A program made the translations under genes and the position numbers. From NCBI GenBank assembly GCA_041640075.1, contig JBEQAY010000031.1, positions 1 through 10,865 of the forward strand: a stretch of 10,865 bases of DNA, given 5' to 3'. The first letter of the stretch is position 1. Every line of letters begins with the position of its first letter. Below are positions 8,379-10,865 of this stretch, piece after piece. Source of the stretch: Candidatus Nanohaloarchaea archaeon (GTDB lineage Archaea; Nanohalarchaeota; Nanosalinia; Nanosalinales; Nanosalinaceae). The notes under the pieces are model-generated. The model was not told the origin of the DNA. It made no database searches and saw only the letters and a program-made list of their open reading frames with translations.

Positions 8379-9468
8379 AGTAGATTATTATACCTCCAGC
8401 TGTTAAAAGTCCTGCCAACATCAGGTTTGAGACATCTGAGATCAGTATAAATATTGCTGTCGACAGGAAGGTCAGGAACACCATTATCCACATCGGATCT
8501 ATCTCAAATGAATACATGAGGACGCCGACAAGAACTAGGAACATCACAACCAGCCACAGTGGCAAAGACTGATTCTGTGGTGCCTCACCGTCCTGACTCT
8601 CAGTATTGTTAACCGGTTGAACATTGACATAATCAGTTATGGAAAAACTTTCCGAGGTGAAAGCACTACCTGTCATGTAGTTGACAGAGCCTTTCAAGGT
8701 GTATTCTCCTTCATCCACATCTTCACCATTCCAGAAAGTTGAAATCCACTCTGCCTCGCCCGGCTGAAGCTTGGCGTCCTCGCTGTCAAGGTTCTCCACG
8801 TTTTCACCTACATAGTTCTCTATCAGAAGCCTCGTGGAGTTAGTGCTGGCAGTTACCGTGCCTGTATTCTCCACACGGGTGTCTATCCTGACAACGTTAT
8901 CATCAACCCTGAAAGCGTTCACATCAGTTATCCTGACTTCCCTATCAGCCTCTCCAGGCACCCTAAAAGAGAACTGGGCTCTGGAAAGTGCGTTTACAGA
9001 AGCTCCAAAACCTGTATCCCCACTGGTTATAGGGGAAGCCTTGACAGATCCAACGTGGTAGCCGGGCTCCGCGCCGTCCTCAGGAACCTCTATATACATG
9101 GTAATCCTGCCGTTCGATGAGACCAGGGTTCCTCCGCCGAGAGCTACAGTATTTGATTCGTTAGGTACTACCGCGAACGTATCCTGTGGGAAACTGACCC
9201 ATTCCTCTATACTCTGCTCCGAAACCTCCTCAGAGGGAACACTGGCCCCGGCTCCAAACTTGTCCGCTCCAAGTGCCTGCCTGAAAGACGGACTCACACG
9301 GAAAGGCGTATCAGAGCCTGTTGTAAGATAGATATCCAGCTTCACGGTCTCACCTCTCTCAACAGTCCCAAGATCAGTATACGCCGGAGCAACCCCGACA
9401 GAAACCGCAGCCGAGGACCCGGCAAACATCAGAACCAGGACGTAAAACAGGATTTTTCTGCTCATCAT
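8368..9468 (-). CDS. DUF916/DUF3324-like membrane-anchored surface protein with two Ig-like domains
   Basis: 366 aa. Signal peptide, domain 1 (VGVAP...EEWVSF...IEVPEDGAEPGYHVGSV), domain 2 (VENTGTV...LQPGE...W...GEYTLKGSVNY), a linker and three C-terminal hydrophobic segments. The ORF is solid; the family call rests on recalled motif resemblance only. Confidence 0.75.
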   Translation of the reverse strand: MMSRKILFYVLVLMFAGSSAAVSVGVAPAYTDLGTVERGETVKLDIYLTTGSDTPFRVSPSFRQALGADKFGAGASVPSEEVSEQSIEEWVSFPQDTFAVVPNESNTVALGGGTLVSSNGRITMYIEVPEDGAEPGYHVGSVKASPITSGDTGFGASVNALSRAQFSFRVPGEADREVRITDVNAFRVDDNVVRIDTRVENTGTVTASTNSTRLLIENYVGENVENLDSEDAKLQPGEAEWISTFWNGEDVDEGEYTLKGSVNYMTGSAFTSESFSITDYVNVQPVNNTESQDGEAPQNQSLPLWLVVMFLVLVGVLMYSFEIDPMWIMVFLTFLSTAIFILISDVSNLMLAGLLTAGGIIIYYVT

Positions 9469-9492
9469 CTAGGAACAAAATCAGTTCTCTGG

Positions 9493-9507
9493 ATTTATAC
9501 CTTTATT
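9493..9507 (-). promoter_or_regulatory. Putative BRE/TATA box of the minus-strand operon
   Basis: The minus strand reads AATAAAG-GTATAAAT, with TATAAA at 9499-9494, 25 nt upstream of the ATG at 9468. Confidence 0.6.
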
Positions 9508-9523
9508 CAATACAAGACAGCCA

Positions 9524-9541
9524 AAAAAGGTGAACCTTTTT
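9524..9541. promoter_or_regulatory. Perfect 8-bp inverted repeat, candidate operator
   Basis: AAAAAGGT-GA-ACCTTTTT lies between the two divergent TATA-like boxes. Confidence 0.5.
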
Positions 9542-9544
9542 ATA
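9537..9544 (+). promoter_or_regulatory. Putative TATA box of the 364-aa gene
   Basis: TTTTTATA preceded by GGTGAACC. This would place a start site near 9568 and give a 5' leader of about 50 nt. Confidence 0.5.
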
Positions 9545-9620
9545 CAGGATAAAGCAATCAAGTCGTAGGGGCAAGTAGCATGAGGGGAGATAGAATCAAA
9601 AGTAGAATGGTATACAAAAC

Positions 9621-10715
9621 ATGAAACGAAACAAAGCCAAAAACTCCTCGATACTTACCGCAACAATTCTAACCCTATCTATAATTGCACTTTCAGGAAG
9701 CGCAGCAAGCATCACATCAGATGCGAATGAAACTACTGACGTAAATGTAACTATAACCAGTGAGGTAGCTATCGACGTCGAACCAAATGTACTGCAGTAT
9801 TCTAGTATAGATGTAGGTACACAACAAACAGTAACAGACAGGAATTTCGGAGGAGTCACTATTGAGAACACAGGGTCAGAATACATCGACAAGGTTTGGG
9901 TAAACGCTTCCGTACCACAAAGCAGACCTTTCGGTACGGGACGACCAACTAATTATGATGCAGGAAACTTTCTACAGATTAGACCAAGGATGAATACAAC
10001 CGGAGTAGCAGGTTCCTCTGTAGGAGAATACCACTTCGTTAACAGAAGAGAGTTCGGAATGCCGGAAGGATCTGTACCGACTTACATTGTCGCACCAGCG
10101 AGCGAGGTCAGCTTTGACAGCGGAGCTACTGTTTCGTCAACAGGCGGTGATGTCGTCGTCGGAAGATTCAGAAGAGGCCAAGAACACATTTGGTTCATCA
10201 TTGCATCACCTGACGGATCAACCTGCGATAATTCAGGAAATCCAACACCAGGACCTATGATCAGGGTTGGAGACACATCTTCAACACCTAACAGGTTGGG
10301 AACTGTAGACTTCACGGATGACAACTCAGGAGAATGGACAGAGTACCAGATAGCTGAGAACTCTGCCTCAACCACATACGGTATCGCAAACTCAGCAGTT
10401 ACACTTCAGTGGAGTAACCCGAACGAGGACCCAAGATACGACGTATTGACCACATGCGACACCACTGATGAAAATTCAAATGTTGTCCGTACGAGATATG
10501 CAATAGACTATGATGGGACAACTGATCTGGTTACAAACGGGTACCAGTCAGAGTATGTGATAGACGCTGGAGTTACAGCAGGAAACATGCTCCTCCCTGG
10601 AGGCACAGTACCTCTCCAGACAGCAATCGAAGTTCCAACGGGAGTTGCAGAGGGACAGGTAGAGCTTGGAACTCTTAACCTCGTGGCGACAGCTAACACC
10701 ACGGCACAGACCTAA
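9621..10715 (+). CDS. Secreted Thr/Ser/Gly-rich beta-sandwich protein, candidate major filament (pilin-like) subunit
   Basis: 364 aa. Signal peptide (MKRNKAKNSSILTATILTLSIIALSGSAA), no C-terminal anchor, an alternating N-terminal strand TTDVNVTITSEVAIDVEP, IENTGSEYIDKVWV, and C-terminal LLPGG...IEVP...GTLNLVATA. The ORF is solid; the function is inferred. Confidence 0.75.
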   Translation: MKRNKAKNSSILTATILTLSIIALSGSAASITSDANETTDVNVTITSEVAIDVEPNVLQYSSIDVGTQQTVTDRNFGGVTIENTGSEYIDKVWVNASVPQSRPFGTGRPTNYDAGNFLQIRPRMNTTGVAGSSVGEYHFVNRREFGMPEGSVPTYIVAPASEVSFDSGATVSSTGGDVVVGRFRRGQEHIWFIIASPDGSTCDNSGNPTPGPMIRVGDTSSTPNRLGTVDFTDDNSGEWTEYQIAENSASTTYGIANSAVTLQWSNPNEDPRYDVLTTCDTTDENSNVVRTRYAIDYDGTTDLVTNGYQSEYVIDAGVTAGNMLLPGGTVPLQTAIEVPTGVAEGQVELGTLNLVATANTTAQT

Positions 10716-10717
10716 AA

Positions 10718-10780
10718 CCTCTCTTCTTTTCTCAATTTCTACATTTTTCATTTTCCTTTCTGCACTCATTTTTTATTCCT
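10718..10780 (+). terminator. Long pyrimidine/T-tract terminator region
   Basis: About 60 nt of C/T-rich sequence with several T4-T6 runs directly after the stop of the 364-aa gene. Confidence 0.65.
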
Positions 10781-10799
10781 GTAAAGCGAAGGTGAAGTT

Positions 10800-10865
10800 A
10801 TGTCCAACAAGTTTGATGATCTTTCTGATGAGGAGTTGTCCGAACAGGCAGAGGATTTTGCTGAC
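10800..10865 (+). CDS. Start of an acidic hypothetical protein (3' end outside the window)
   Basis: GGTGA Shine-Dalgarno-like sequence at 10791-10795, ATG at 10800, and an open frame to the window edge: MSNKFDDLSDEELSEQAEDFAD. Confidence 0.65.
   Translation, partial: MSNKFDDLSDEELSEQAEDFAD

Noticed and set aside
4203..9331. Plus-strand Ser-rich ORFs opposite the surface operon
   Set aside because: They are shadows of acidic minus-strand genes with no independent signals.
9596..10769. Minus-strand ORFs opposite the 364-aa gene
   Set aside because: They are antisense shadows. The plus-strand ORF has a signal peptide, a candidate promoter and a terminator.

Overview
Archaeal-looking window with an acidic proteome, TATA-type promoters about 25 nt upstream of start codons and T-tract terminators. 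These traits suggest a halophilic DPANN archaeon such as Nanohaloarchaeota (inference only). The left part (+ strand) is housekeeping: a 5'-truncated bacterial-type threonyl-tRNA synthetase, an MFS transporter and an M29-family aminopeptidase. The right part is a five-gene cell-surface locus that I cannot assign to a named system. It has four minus-strand membrane-anchored Ig-like proteins (366, 159, 259 and 964 aa), and the 366-aa protein resembles DUF916/DUF3324 (WxL-interacting) proteins. Divergently transcribed from them is a secreted, anchor-less 364-aa protein whose motif layout resembles TasA/CalY-like donor-strand-exchange filament subunits. My best hypothesis is an uncharacterised non-type-IV pilus or adhesion-filament system. 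A further ORF starts at the right edge. No RNA genes, CRISPR arrays or mobile elements were seen.
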